This document shows, in pieces, positions 32,801 through 44,000 of a stretch of 64,000 nucleotides of DNA (position 1 is its first letter; every line of letters begins with the position of its first letter). Source of the DNA: Diplonema japonicum (Eukaryota; Protista; Euglenozoa: Diplonemea); assembly GCA_964019335.1 (NCBI GenBank), contig OZ025668.1, forward strand, positions 620,001 to 684,000. The letters run 5' to 3'. The notes beneath the pieces are model-generated. The model saw only the letters and a list, made by a program, of their open reading frames with translations. It ran no database searches and had not been told where the DNA came from. The position numbers and the translations under genes are program-made.

Positions 32801-34741
32801 CGACTGCACTTTCCTTTATCGCTATATCCGCTTTCAGGGATGCCACCAGTTCCTCGTTGTTGCATTTCGCCTCCTCCAGGTCTTTTTCCAATTGGGTGCA
32901 CTCTGCTTGCTTGGCATCACAGGTCTTCACTAAAGCGTCCGTCTCCTTTGTCTTGCTTTCAAGTTCTGATTTCAGTGTCAGCACCTCTCCATCCTTCTCT
33001 CCCAACTGCGCAACAAGCCCTTTCGCTACTTCCTGACCTTCCCTCAGCTCCGTCTCAAGATTGCCTACTTTACTTTCAAACTCAGTGGCCGTTTCTTGAA
33101 GTTGGTTCTTCATGTCCGTTTCAGCCACCAAAGATGCTTCAATGCTCTTAACTTTTGCCTCAAGTCCTTCGACAACTGCCCTTGAACCTTCTGCCCCTTC
33201 AAGCTGGGCCTGCTTAAGGATGGTAAGCTCTTCTTCGAGTGATGTGACCTTCGCTGTTTGCAACTCAGAATCAGAAATCAGTTTTGCAGATACCGCTTCT
33301 TTTGCTTCCAGTTGTTCTTTTAGTGTAACTACTTCAGTGTTCCGTGTGTCAGTTTCCTCTTTCAGTGTTGTCATCTCTGCTTCCGCTGCTTCAAGTGCCG
33401 CCCTCTTCTTGGATACTTCTTCCTCCAAGTCACTGATCTTGCTGGCCATGTCACTTGAGGCGGTTTCCAGGTCTGCGATCCTCGAAAGTGCTGCCTTCGC
33501 TTCTTCCACATCAGCCACGAGCACAGCGTTGGCGGATGTCTGTGTTGGTGATGTGCAGTTGCGCGCATACCAAAGACTGCATCTGCTCCTGCGACTCCTC
33601 AAGATCTAGCGCGAGGGCATCCACCTTGTCGTTGCTCTGCAAAGAGTATTTGTGATTGCGCGTGATACCTTCTGCAAGTCCTGTTTGGTTGCTTCTAGCT
33701 GCTCTGTGATGCCCTGCAGCTTTGTTGCACTCTCCTCCCCACCTCTGAGGTGTTCATCGTGGTCGGATTGAAGGTTCGTGAACTTGATCTTCAGCTCACG
33801 GTGGAGGGCATCCTGTGCTGCGTTTATTAAGAATGTACACACACCTTCTCGCCTAGTTCGGTGTTCACTGCTTCGAGTTCTGAGTTTCGTGTCTTCAGCA
33901 GCTGTTGACATTGGGTAAGTTCTCTATCCAAGACATCTAATTGCTTCCCTTTCTCAGCAATGCTTGCCCATAGCTGTCTGGTGGCTTCCGCGGTCTCATT
34001 CTCCGCTTCAGTGTTGTTGTTCACTCGCGCCTCGAGCATCGAGACTTGCATCTTATACTCGTCAGACTGTTCTAAGGTAGCCTGTAGTTCCTTATCCATC
34101 TGTTGCACGTGCTTTTGTTCTGAATCTAACTTCACTTGCAGGCTAGCAATGTCATCCTGGAGTCCTTCCATCTTCACAATCGCTTCTCTAGCTTGCTTCA
34201 ACTCCGACGAGAGGCGTTTCTGTTGCTGTTGCGCGCTCCGCTCAGCAATCATTCTATCTGTTTCGCTCGACTCCACGTTCCGTGTCATCTCTGACAGTTG
34301 TTGCTGCAGAGTGCTGTTCAGGGCCGTCGCCGCAGCCAGCCTATCGGACAGGCCTTCAGGCGTGCTTGTTGCAGCCTCTCTCAACACCTTGTTCTCCACT
34401 TCAAGCATGTTCAGTTGCGCTCCTAGTTCTTCCTTCGACAGTTCAGAGATGTCCCTTGAAGCAGCCTGCTTGCTGCCCTTCAGTGCTTCTGTCAGGGAGG
34501 CCAGTAGTTTTGAGTTTGAGTTTGTAAGAATGTACGGATGTTTCAAATCCTTCCCTGCAAGCACCACCTGCGATGCGTCCCCATCCACGCTCACTGCCTC
34601 CAAGTCTATGACTCCTAAGGGCTTGTCGTTGTAGTACACGAGCTTCGTTCCTCTCAACTCAAACCACCGCTCTCTGTCTCTGCTGAGGGCACCCCTGCCG
34701 CTCTTTGTCAGGTTTCCCTGCCACATGGCACCGCTATTCAT
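29832..34741 (-). CDS. PH domain - long coiled coil - PDZ domain protein (~1571 aa, 7 exons)
   Basis: PH: WQGNLTKSG..RERWFELRGTKLVYY..PLGVIDL. PDZ: VICKVTPGGFAERSGMREGMIIKYVNGK. Introns at 33813-33844, 33637-33668, 33540-33570, 30332-30365, 30203-30235 and 30000-30031 (31-34 nt). Spliced length 4716 nt, in frame. Confidence 0.88.
31427..33470 (-). repeat. Intragenic long tandem repeats (~760-790 nt period, 3 copies of a ~330-nt core)
   Basis: The block DLEEEVSKKRAALEAAEAEM...VEGLEAKVKSIE occurs three times. 32975-33470 and 31427-31920 are near-identical at DNA level (offset 1548). Confidence 0.92.
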
Positions 34742-34817
34742 TTTGCTGTCTTGTGATGCCTGTAACTACTGTAACTACTGCATGTAGGCTGCAAGATATA
34801 AATCACGGTCAACATGT

Positions 34818-35546
34818 TCATTTTATAACTTTCTTCTTCGCCCGTCTCGCCTTGTAACGGTAGATGCACAACAGGGCACCCACTACACCGCCTACAGCAA
34901 GGTGGGAGTACCAAAGGGGTTCTGAAGGGTCAGTTCTTCGTTGAGGGAGCTCCATTACAAAGCGTTTTTTTGGTTTCTCGGTAGAGGGGGTTGAGGGCTC
35001 TTCCTTGGCAATAGGTGGCACGGGCGGCTCAGGTGTAGGTGGTGCCGGTGAGCTCCTATACTTGTACATGAGTGCTGCCGCTTCTTTGAGAGTTATTTCT
35101 GGGCGTGTTTGGTTACGGTGCCCTGCAATACACAACAGGTTGATGCAGTGTCTGCTACCTTGTTCGTCAGGGATGTCGTGTCCTAGATGAGTACCACACG
35201 CGCTCCGCACCTCCCCATCGGGGTCGCGGATCACGTTGCCCCAGTACACTTCAGCGTCTCTGAAACTTGGCCACCCATGCGCTAGTGACTCTTCCCACCA
35301 ATCCTGGAGGGACCTGTTCACTTTGTACAATGGGATTCCGCAGCTGGAATCATAGAATACATGCTTGTCCTTCACCTTCTGTATCAGTTTGAAGTAGTAA
35401 TGCAACCCTGCCGGCTCTGCTAGATCCTTATTCCCTCCACAGCACACCCATCCTACCTTGTCAGCAAGATTGTCCAACTCAAATTTTAAGTGTGGTTGCA
35501 TAACACACGCCTGTGCAGCAGCTGCTGCTAGCACCAATAGCAGCAT
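34818..35546 (-). CDS. MsrB/Mss4-fold protein with signal peptide and C-terminal TM
   Basis: FYDSSCGIPLY, HGWPSF, EVRSACGTHLGH, GSRHCIN. Hydrophobic N-terminus and TM LAVGGVVGALLCIY followed by a basic tail. Confidence 0.8.
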   Translation of the reverse strand: MLLLVLAAAAAQACVMQPHLKFELDNLADKVGWVCCGGNKDLAEPAGLHYYFKLIQKVKDKHVFYDSSCGIPLYKVNRSLQDWWEESLAHGWPSFRDAEVYWGNVIRDPDGEVRSACGTHLGHDIPDEQGSRHCINLLCIAGHRNQTRPEITLKEAAALMYKYRSSPAPPTPEPPVPPIAKEEPSTPSTEKPKKRFVMELPQRRTDPSEPLWYSHLAVGGVVGALLCIYRYKARRAKKKVIK

Positions 35547-35607
35547 ATCCCAACCCTTCCTAAGTGGAATGAATGAATACTACGGTATAATACTACGGGC
35601 AAGTGAA

Positions 35608-36258
35608 TCATCCTTTCTTTTCCTGCAGCTCAACATCATTGTCATTGTCCGCCTTGAGGGGCGCTTGAGGTGCATCTAGCTTATGGTATGTCTCGGCTTG
35701 CTTCTTGAGTGGGATATGGGCGATGTAAGACAGTCCAATGTCATGTATTCCGTCTGTGAGGGCGTAGAGGATGAATCGGTATGGAGGGTGCAGGAGGGTC
35801 CATTGGATGATGATGACAGGCGGCCAGAGGAGCCAGTCAAGAATGAGGACTTTGTTGAAGTCTTGACGGAGCTTGTGTGACACTGTAGCAGTAGAGGATT
35901 TGAGCATCGTGTGGTTGGCACCGATGACCACGTTGTTTGCTAGCACAGTCCCAATGCACTTCCTAGCGAGCTCTATGCAGATGATGTGTGCCGTAGACAA
36001 GCCTCGATGCAGCATGCCAAACCACTTCGAGAGCGACCATCCAGCTAACACCCCAAATCCTGCAAACCTCGCCGTCCGCCTCGGGCAGTATAGCCTCCCC
36101 TCCACTCCATCATCCCCGTCGGTTACCTCCTCTTCCTCTTCTCCTTCATCCATTTTCCACTTCCTTCGCTCGATCCCAAACTGCGCCACAATATCTGCAG
36201 TCGCCATAGTGCAGCTCATCAACCCTGCACATCCCAGTATCAGCGGCCAGCTTGGCAT
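35608..36258 (-). CDS. Mpv17/PMP22 family membrane protein
   Basis: ATADIVAQ, RRTARFAGFG, WFGMLHR, KLRQDF, WLLWPPVIIIQWTLLHPPYR. Confidence 0.88.
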   Translation of the reverse strand: MPSWPLILGCAGLMSCTMATADIVAQFGIERRKWKMDEGEEEEEVTDGDDGVEGRLYCPRRTARFAGFGVLAGWSLSKWFGMLHRGLSTAHIICIELARKCIGTVLANNVVIGANHTMLKSSTATVSHKLRQDFNKVLILDWLLWPPVIIIQWTLLHPPYRFILYALTDGIHDIGLSYIAHIPLKKQAETYHKLDAPQAPLKADNDNDVELQEKKG

Positions 36259-36317
36259 CGTCAGTGTAACTGTCAGCAGTGAGCATAGTGAGCAGGCTAA
36301 AGCTAACTGATCAAATA

Positions 36318-37364
36318 CTAAAAACGGCTCCTTCGTAAGTAAGGACGTTGTAAGGAAAATTGTGAGATGCTGTCTGCAGCTGTAGCACGAGCTGTCGCTG
36401 AGGGCGTCGAATGAGCATCGGGGGTGCGCTTCAGAACCTTGCCACCTCTGCGCAGCATGAGAGGGATCTTTGGGGCTTGGGAAGCAGGAATGAGGGCAGG
36501 GTTTCTTGCATAGGTGTAAAACCTTGTAAATGGCGGTGTAGGTAGAAAGCCCATAGCATCTGTAACTGCGTAGTAGTGTGCAGCGGCCTTATCCCGCTTG
36601 TAACTAAGAGCGTAGACCGTCATCAGTAGCTCGTGGAGAGTCATGCTGCTCGCATTACAACACTTGCTGTGCACCTCTTCGCAGAACGTAACATAACTTT
36701 CAATCTCATCGTTCGTCAGGATACCAGCTTTAATGGCGTCCCGCACACCTGTCAGGCAGAGGGCACCTGTGATAAGTGTCGGTTGCAGGAGGTCTGTGCA
36801 GAACATCCCCCACACTTCCTGAACACCCTTTAAAAACATCTGCTTCTTAAACGCGGTGATAGCACTGTTCCAGAAAGGAGGGTCGGCGACAACGGAGAGG
36901 TCGACACGCCACTGCAGTACTTCATAAATCTGATGCACGGTGTCGCACTGCGTAAGAAGCTTCGCAAGGCTCTTAATGTCACATGTCACGTTGTGTTCTA
37001 ACTCAAAGCGCTTGATCACGATCGGTAAGCGTTCAAAAGGTTCTTGCACCAGACATGCCTCCAAGGTGCGCACAGTGGGCTTCAGGCCTTGTTGGATCAT
37101 GCTGAGCAAGAGGGTATCCCCAAACTTCTTATTCCCCGCCTCGCGCCAGCCTTTAATCAAGATGTTGTACACAACAACCGGTACTGGCACCCGTGCCCTC
37201 CTCATAGCGCCCAGGACATCCCCGCACGCTCGCATGTTCCCATTCTCGTATTCAAACAAAATCGCCTGCTTCCACGCCTCTCTCTCTGTGAAGTTCTTTC
37301 CCTCCAACCTCCTCGCCAGTGCTGGGCTCCCTTTTAATAAACGCAGCACCCGTTGACTCGCCAT
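36318..37364 (-). CDS. Pentatricopeptide-repeat-like protein (probably mitochondrial)
   Basis: PVVVYNILIKGW, MIQQGLKPTVRT, FWNSAITAF and LQPTLIT are PPR-like. Basic amphipathic N-terminus. Confidence 0.75.
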   Translation of the reverse strand: MASQRVLRLLKGSPALARRLEGKNFTEREAWKQAILFEYENGNMRACGDVLGAMRRARVPVPVVVYNILIKGWREAGNKKFGDTLLLSMIQQGLKPTVRTLEACLVQEPFERLPIVIKRFELEHNVTCDIKSLAKLLTQCDTVHQIYEVLQWRVDLSVVADPPFWNSAITAFKKQMFLKGVQEVWGMFCTDLLQPTLITGALCLTGVRDAIKAGILTNDEIESYVTFCEEVHSKCCNASSMTLHELLMTVYALSYKRDKAAAHYYAVTDAMGFLPTPPFTRFYTYARNPALIPASQAPKIPLMLRRGGKVLKRTPDAHSTPSATARATAADSISQFSLQRPYLRRSRF

Positions 37365-37466
37365 CTGTTATTTTACTTAATGTGCATCGCAACAACAACA
37401 ACAACATGCAAAGCAGCAAAGATCTCAAGAGGGTAAATAATCTCAAAGGAAGGGAAAGGCTAAGAT

Positions 37467-38297
37467 CTAGGAATCCGTGGGTTTCGGGATGTCGAAGACT
37501 ATAGGGGGTCTGAGGGGGAGCTGGAAAGGGATGCGCGACAGCGCAGCATTCACGAAATGGGTGTGTACATCAGGGTTCACGGGGGAGACACCGTAGGACT
37601 GGTGGTAATGGCCGTGAATATGGATAGTGGGCTTAACATCAGTGATGACCTTGTTGTAAAGGAAACGGTTCCCCACTGACGAGTGTGAGGGAATGAACGG
37701 CGAAGTGTGCGTCACCAGCACATCCACAGGTGGAATTTGCTCCAATTTGCTGTGCAGCTCGTCATTTGTGGCATGCTGCCAAGCGTTGTTGTTTGACGGC
37801 GACTTCTCAGAGTGGGGTGTGCCATAGAAGGAAAGCCCTTCTATCACTGTAGAGCTGTCCTCCAGGTACACACAGGGGTCGAAGAACGCTTCTCTTTCTT
37901 CCGCTGTTTTGTATATCTCTTTCAGCATACTGTCATGATTGCCACCTATCACCACCTTGTGCGTCGCTTTCTGCCTGCAGAGCCACTCTTTGAACTCCGG
38001 CATTTCGTTGCCGCCGTCCACTGTGCAGATGTCACCGCAGTGCACAAGAATATCACACTCCGGCAGATCCAGTGTCTCATGCCACCCATGCGTGTCAGAA
38101 ATGCACACAACCCGCAGCCCAGTTGATTCTTTTGCATAATACGCATCGGGGCACAAGTCCTCTGTCGTCCGTGTCTTCAAGTCATAAAACAAGTACCTCT
38201 GCGGTGGTTGGAGGACATTCAAGCTCCAATACATCATCCTCCTCAGTACTTTCATAACTATTCGGGCTACTTGCTTTATCCACCTTGAACCGAACAT
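37467..38297 (-). CDS. Calcineurin-like metallophosphoesterase (MPPED-like)
   Basis: RVVCISDTH, HCGD, GGNHD, VLVTH, HIHGHYH, NAA..PPIVFDI. Start uncertain. Confidence 0.92.
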   Translation of the reverse strand: MFGSRWIKQVARIVMKVLRRMMYWSLNVLQPPQRYLFYDLKTRTTEDLCPDAYYAKESTGLRVVCISDTHGWHETLDLPECDILVHCGDICTVDGGNEMPEFKEWLCRQKATHKVVIGGNHDSMLKEIYKTAEEREAFFDPCVYLEDSSTVIEGLSFYGTPHSEKSPSNNNAWQHATNDELHSKLEQIPPVDVLVTHTSPFIPSHSSVGNRFLYNKVITDVKPTIHIHGHYHQSYGVSPVNPDVHTHFVNAALSRIPFQLPLRPPIVFDIPKPTDS

Positions 38298-38657
38298 ATA
38301 TTTATGGTGGATTGTTCACTATTTATCATTTGTGGCATTTTTTTTCTGTCCCCCATTTGAAAAAGTCAAGACAACAGGTTTTTTTCAGCATCAGATACGA
38401 GCATCACAAATCTTAAACCCCGTGTGACGTGTCTGGGTCACCTCCCAAGAACTCCCGCGTTGAGGCGTACTGGCAAGTACCCCCTTTTTTTTCATTCCAC
38501 ACAGCGCCCATCATCGTCCTGTGTGCAGTGCGCAGTTCAGGGGATTAATCAACATAAGGATCAGACCAGACCATAAGGACCATATAAAGAAACATGGAAC
38601 GAAACCAAGTGTAAATAACAACACGGAATGTCAGTGTACATGAAGGATACAATATTG

Positions 38658-39074
38658 CTAAGACTGGTTCAGAGGTGCCAGCAACCGTCTCTTCAGTTTG
38701 TTCTCCCTGTCGTTCGAGTGCATGGATGCTATGGTGTCGTGGTACTTCAGGAGGTCCGCTGTGGTGTACGTCTTCGCCTGTTTCGGGCGCGAGTGAGGCA
38801 CCGCAAGGATTTTAGAAGCTGTGACAGACACGAGGTTCTCCTGCTTCCTGTTTGGGAATCTGATATCGGGGATGTCTAGGTTGCGACACAGAGGTGTATC
38901 TCGGCTCACAACTACACTGCTGTTCCATCCTCTTTCAACAATTTTCGGCACCGGCTTCTTCCTGCTTTCCGACAGCACAGGTGGCACAGGTGTCGTCTTT
39001 CTCTTAGGCACCTCCTGCGTGTGCAGAGTCCCCTTCATGAACATACTACGTAGGACTTTAACATCATCGCTCAT
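38658..39074 (-). CDS. Hypothetical basic protein (~138 aa)
   Basis: Open frame on the cluster strand filling the gap. Start MSDDVK lies 64 nt after the upstream stop. No motif recognised. Confidence 0.55.
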   Translation of the reverse strand: MSDDVKVLRSMFMKGTLHTQEVPKRKTTPVPPVLSESRKKPVPKIVERGWNSSVVVSRDTPLCRNLDIPDIRFPNRKQENLVSVTASKILAVPHSRPKQAKTYTTADLLKYHDTIASMHSNDRENKLKRRLLAPLNQS

Positions 39075-39138
39075 CAGCCCCCCACCTGTTGGATTGTTGG
39101 CATGAAGCATGGACCACTCACAGGTTGTATTCATCAAC

Positions 39139-40263
39139 TTAATCTTCCTCCTCTTCTTCTTCTTCTGCTGCCTCTTTCTTCTTTTTCTTCTCTTCTTTGT
39201 GTGTTTTCTTGCGCTCAAACCTCCGCACTGACTTGACGCGTTCAGCCACTTCTGTGAAGTTGAACGGTTTTCCAAAGTCATAGGTCAGCCCCCGCTCGTC
39301 GGGGGTCTTCATGTGCTCGTTGAGTTCTGCCTTGATGAACCGTGCCTTCTTCGCCGCTTTCTGGGAAGCGGCATTGGAACCAATCTCTATGTCTGACCTC
39401 TTAAAAGGTGGGAATGTCTTGTCTTCTTCCATCTGTCTTGCAATGCGCCTCTTGTCGTCAGTGTTTGCAGAGCACCACAGCCGTCGTGCGTTCTTGGAGA
39501 GACTTCGCATGGAGTCGAGGAGTTTCGCTGCTTGCGCGTCGCCATCACCGTGCGTCTTGTACAGCACCGCATTGGCTCTCTTCGACTTGTCTGTGATACT
39601 GGAAATCATCTCCTCTACACGTTCTTCATTCGTTTTTTCTTGGTCCTCCTCTGGCTTGTTGCCGAGTGCTATATTCTTCACGCCAAGCAACACACCACTC
39701 CTGAGGCCTTGCATCACATCCTCCTCCACATCTGGGTACATCCTTTCGAGTCTTCTAACCCCCACGCCCACTGCTCTTGCGCCGTTTGGGTTTATCACCG
39801 AAGGCAAGAGGGACAGCAGCGTCGGCCAGTCGTGAGCATTGTAGTCCCAGATGTACTTGAACACAAGGTACGATTTGTTTCTGTCCTGTCGTTGTTGTAC
39901 CTCTACGCTAGGGTGGTGTTTGAGGTAGTGCAATAAGTTATGACCTGTGCCCTCCTCCGTGATCCCCTCGTCCCCTTCTGGGGTAAGATGCAGCTTCACG
40001 CTGTCCTCGATCTCCTCCTGCCGCACTCCATTGTTCCGTGTTGTGTCTTGCAAGTAGTCCAGTATTCTGTTGCATGCTTCGTTCCACGTTTCATCCCTCC
40101 GCTGTGGGGTTTCCCATGACCGGGCAACGACAACCTCTTCCCCGCTCTGCGTGGGGGGAGGTGTCCGCCGACCTTGCTGGGAAACAGGGACCCGTCTTTT
40201 CTGCTTTACTGCTTTTGCCTCGCGCTTATTGTTTTTTTTAATAGCATTTTCGAATGCAGACAT
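39139..40263 (-). CDS. TFA2: General transcription factor TFIIE beta subunit (divergent)
   Basis: Collinear motifs versus human GTF2E2, recalled from memory: RILDYLQ~KIVNYMK; LKHHPSVEV~LVNNPKIEV; VFKYIWDYNAHDWPTLLSLL~AFKPKYNVRDKKALLRLL; GVGVRRLERMYP~GILLEDIEEALP; RRLWCS~QKLWRS; KKARFIKAELNEHM~KKRRFKTHNEHL. Confidence 0.78.
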   Translation of the reverse strand: MSAFENAIKKNNKREAKAVKQKRRVPVSQQGRRTPPPTQSGEEVVVARSWETPQRRDETWNEACNRILDYLQDTTRNNGVRQEEIEDSVKLHLTPEGDEGITEEGTGHNLLHYLKHHPSVEVQQRQDRNKSYLVFKYIWDYNAHDWPTLLSLLPSVINPNGARAVGVGVRRLERMYPDVEEDVMQGLRSGVLLGVKNIALGNKPEEDQEKTNEERVEEMISSITDKSKRANAVLYKTHGDGDAQAAKLLDSMRSLSKNARRLWCSANTDDKRRIARQMEEDKTFPPFKRSDIEIGSNAASQKAAKKARFIKAELNEHMKTPDERGLTYDFGKPFNFTEVAERVKSVRRFERKKTHKEEKKKKKEAAEEEEEEED

Positions 40264-40793
40264 TCCCCCCGTGGCTGCGATGGCGATGCAACGGAAGCAA
40301 GATACTAATAGGAATAGTACATCAACTACAACAAAGGAAATGCCGCGCTGTGGGCTTTAAAGCCGAACCAGAAGAAACAAAAAAAGAATATATATACGTA
40401 GGGAGGCGGCCAAGAAGTCACTCTACTTCTTGTTACCGACAACATGCGCCTGGGAGACAGAACTCAAAGACCCTGTACTATTCCCATGGCGCACGAGGAA
40501 AGGACTAACCATATAGGTGATGCTAATTCAGCATCACGCACCCTCAAAATCAATTCAAGATGCACAGGTGTTACTTCGTTCAGGTATACGTTTCTAAGGG
40601 AGAACAGAAAGAAGGGGAAATAAGAAAAAAAACGGGTGTGATGCATTCAAAAACCCAACCGATTCCATATTCATGCCGACAGGTTTGTCCTGCTTTTTCA
40701 ATCAAGATTCTCTTTTTAAGAAGAAGAGAGAGAGAGAAAAGAGAAAAAAGAAGAGAAAAGTATGTTTTCACTTTTTTGTCTTTTTTTTTTTAA

Positions 40794-40885
40794 CTCCCTC
40801 GGCGGCCCTGCTTCGCAAGGGAGAGTGCCTGCTATTGTTCAGCATGCGACCCTGCTTCAAGTGACACAGGCTACCGCCGAAGGAA
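40794..40885 (-). promoter_or_regulatory. Candidate structured RNA element (four-way junction) in a 3' UTR/intercistronic region
   Basis: On the minus strand UUCCUUCGGCGG pairs with CCGCCGAGGGAG (12 bp including 2 G-U) and encloses three hairpins. Manual fold only. Confidence 0.4.
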
Positions 40886-41069
40886 GATAATGATGTTTGC
40901 GCGGAACGCGAACCAAGAAAAACTGGCATGCCACGTGTCAACTGGCACGAGGAAAGCCAAGCGGGGGGGGGGGGCAAAATAAAAAGAAAAATGTCTTTAG
41001 TTGCAAAAGAACAACGAACAACGAACAACCTACCACTAAGACTAAGGCTACAAGGACGGCGTGGTCGGA

Positions 41070-44000
41070 TCACGTCACCACTGTCCCAAAGACTTGGCTG
41101 TCACTATGGCCAAGGTTATTTTGGCTGAGGCTCCGCTGGCTTTCAAAGCTCGAAGACTTCCTGCGTGGGGGTGGTACTCTAAGAGAGTTGGACGCCAAAG
41201 GTGTCCGAGGGAAGGGGTACTGCCTGGGTGTCGTGCTGAAGTCTGTCCCCGTAGGGAACAACCTCGGCGACCGCCCGCCCGACGTGTCGGTGTGCGCAGA
41301 ACAGAATTCGTCCTTCGACGACGACGCGCCCATAGGCATGCCCCTCATCAGCGATGCAGTCATCATTTCCTCTTCTAGCGGCTCCGCACGCTCATATCTC
41401 ATTCCGCCCGTTCCTACACCACCCGATGCCTGCACCGCCCATGTAGGCGGCCCTAAACACGGCGTCAGGAACCATCTTAAGAAACCCCCACAGCCACCGT
41501 CACTCCTCACGTTCTTGTACTTGTCCCATTCATCCCAAATGAACACAAAGAAATCAATCAGGAACTTCACCATTGTCCCCCACATGCACCCTTGGGCAAT
41601 GTACCCTGCCGCCTGCGCCGCATTGGATTCAATGGGAGTTTCTGCCTTGAATGCAATAAGAATCAGAATCAGTGCGAGAGTCTCGCCACCCGCTAGGAGG
41701 ATCTCAGTTACGTTTTCGTAGGGTGCGATGTATGGGCGAAAGATGAGCAACACCAAGAAGAAGACAACCATCAGAACCATCATCAGCCAGACTTGCATGG
41801 TGCAGTACTCTTTTGTGTTCGGTTGCCAAGCAGACACCAAAGACATAACAGAAATATGTGTAAGCTCGAAGGCAAGGAAGTAAATACAGTATCCCTTTCT
41901 GAAAGCATCAAAGGACAAACGGTTCAAGGAGAGCCACTGGTCAGAGTCGTACTCGTTCTTCTCTATCCATTCATGATCCCCCCAAAGTGCCCACACGACA
42001 TGCTTCAGCTTTGTCTCAAAGGGTACGAACCGGGAAAACTCGTCGGCCTCTCCTGCGCTAACGCCCACACGGTATGGTATCAATAAAGTGAACAGTATGA
42101 GGACTGGAACGCTTAGGAGTTTGAAGCTGATGGCACTGGAGTAGATGAGAATTGTGGATGCGGACACAGTCGCACTGCCCTGCAGGAACATGATGGGGAT
42201 CAACAGCCACCCCGCCCTCGCGCGTGCCCACACACCCCGTGTTGATATTTTGTTGACGTTCTCTTGCACCTCCTCAGTGATGGTCTTGATGTGTCTTCGC
42301 GCCTTGCCGCTCGAGTATATGTGATACGCAGCGCCACCTATGAGCAGCCCCAGCACGCTGCAGATGATCACAACACCTACCAGCGCGCCATGGTATTGTC
42401 TGTAGTCCCCCCCTATGGCCATCCCCAAAGGGTTCATCATGACAGACAGCTCTTCAGGGCCATCACCGGGACACATCATAGCTTCCATCACAAATGTCAA
42501 TCTGGTAAGCGAACCGCCTGCCCTAACAGAAGCAGGGTTGGGGGGGAGCATTGCAGATGCACCAGCTACCAAAAGACCTCCAGCTGCGGCGGTTTCTGCT
42601 TCACTGGTGCCGTCAAGAGTTTGCACCTCACCGTGCAATTTGCAAGTGAACACACACCACTGGCCACCGCTAAACACATGAACAGCCACATCTTCGCTCT
42701 GTGCTGTTGTCGCGTAATAGCCTTCATGCCTGAACGTGACCTGCAAGATAGTTTCGTTCATCTCTGCTTTAACGACCCCGTTCACTGCAAGAAGACCTCT
42801 GCTAGAGGTTTTCACAGATGTCGTGATCCATATCGCACTGGTATCAGACGGTGCACTCCCAGTGGAGTGCGACACCACCACACTCAAAACTCCCCGCGGT
42901 AAATTAGGGATAGTGAACTGCAGCAGCGTGCCTGTTGTGCGTATGTTTTGCGAGGTCAGCTTACTGTACTCTTCAGCAGTCGGCTCTCCGAGTGAGGCGC
43001 AGTGGTCTGGGGCAGCTGGTGTAGTGGTCGGTGAAGAGGATGGTATAAAATTGGGAACGTCAGTAGTCGCAACACTGGGTGGAACTGTTGGCGACGTAGT
43101 TGGTATAGCCGTTGCTACTGGGATCGGCACAGGTGTCGGGGAAACAGTGGGCATGGCAGTGTACCCAGGAGGAACTACTGTTGGTGTGGCTGTGACGACA
43201 GATGTCGCGGGTATTTGTGTGGGACCAGCTGTTGGTGAAGCTGTAACAGGAAGCGCCGTGGGTGCTCCTGTCAGAGGGGTTGTAGGAGCGCCAGTTGGCG
43301 TCACCGTTGGCAAGTGAGGAGGAACAGCCGTTACTGGCGCATTAGTAGGTATTGCCGTTGGAACTGCTGTGGGGGGAGCAGTTGGAACCGTCATAGGAAC
43401 TGACGTGGGTTCGGCTGTTGCAGTACCAGGGGATTGGGTATCAGGAGCAGAAGTGCTAGGAGCCGTGGTCAACGGCACTAAAGTGCTCGGTGCTTGTGTG
43501 TCAGGAAGAGGCGTGCTGGGTGGCAGCGTAGGAATAAATGTATTTGGTGGAGTAGTATCAGGGGCTGAAGAGTCAGGTTCAAGAGTCACAGGCGCGGAAG
43601 TTGCGGGAACCAGCGTACCAGGTGCTGGGGTATCGGGCGCAGAGGTTAGAGGGGATAATGTGTCTGGCGCAGGGGATGCGGGTGCTAGTGTGTTTGGCAC
43701 AAGAGTTACAGGGACTAGGGTATCTGGAGTAAGAGTAACAGGGAGAGATGTTATCGGAGCTGACGTATCAGGTACAAGGGTTGCAGGAGCAGGGGTCGCA
43801 GGAACAAGTGTGTCAGGTGCTGGTGAATTCGGAGCAGAGGTTGCAGGTGCTGGAGTATCAGGTGCCGGTGTAGGAGGTGCACCTGTGGAGGGGGCAGTTG
43901 TGGGAACAGCTGTGGGCGGTGCTGGAGTACTCGGAGCAGAGGTTGCAGGAGCAGGGGTCGCAGGAACAAGTGTGTCAGGTGCTGGTGAATTCGGAGCCGA

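Noticed and set aside
31427-33470. Long repeats as a possible mobile element or CRISPR array
   Set aside because: In-frame coding repeats within a coiled coil; no spacers, terminal repeats or transposase.
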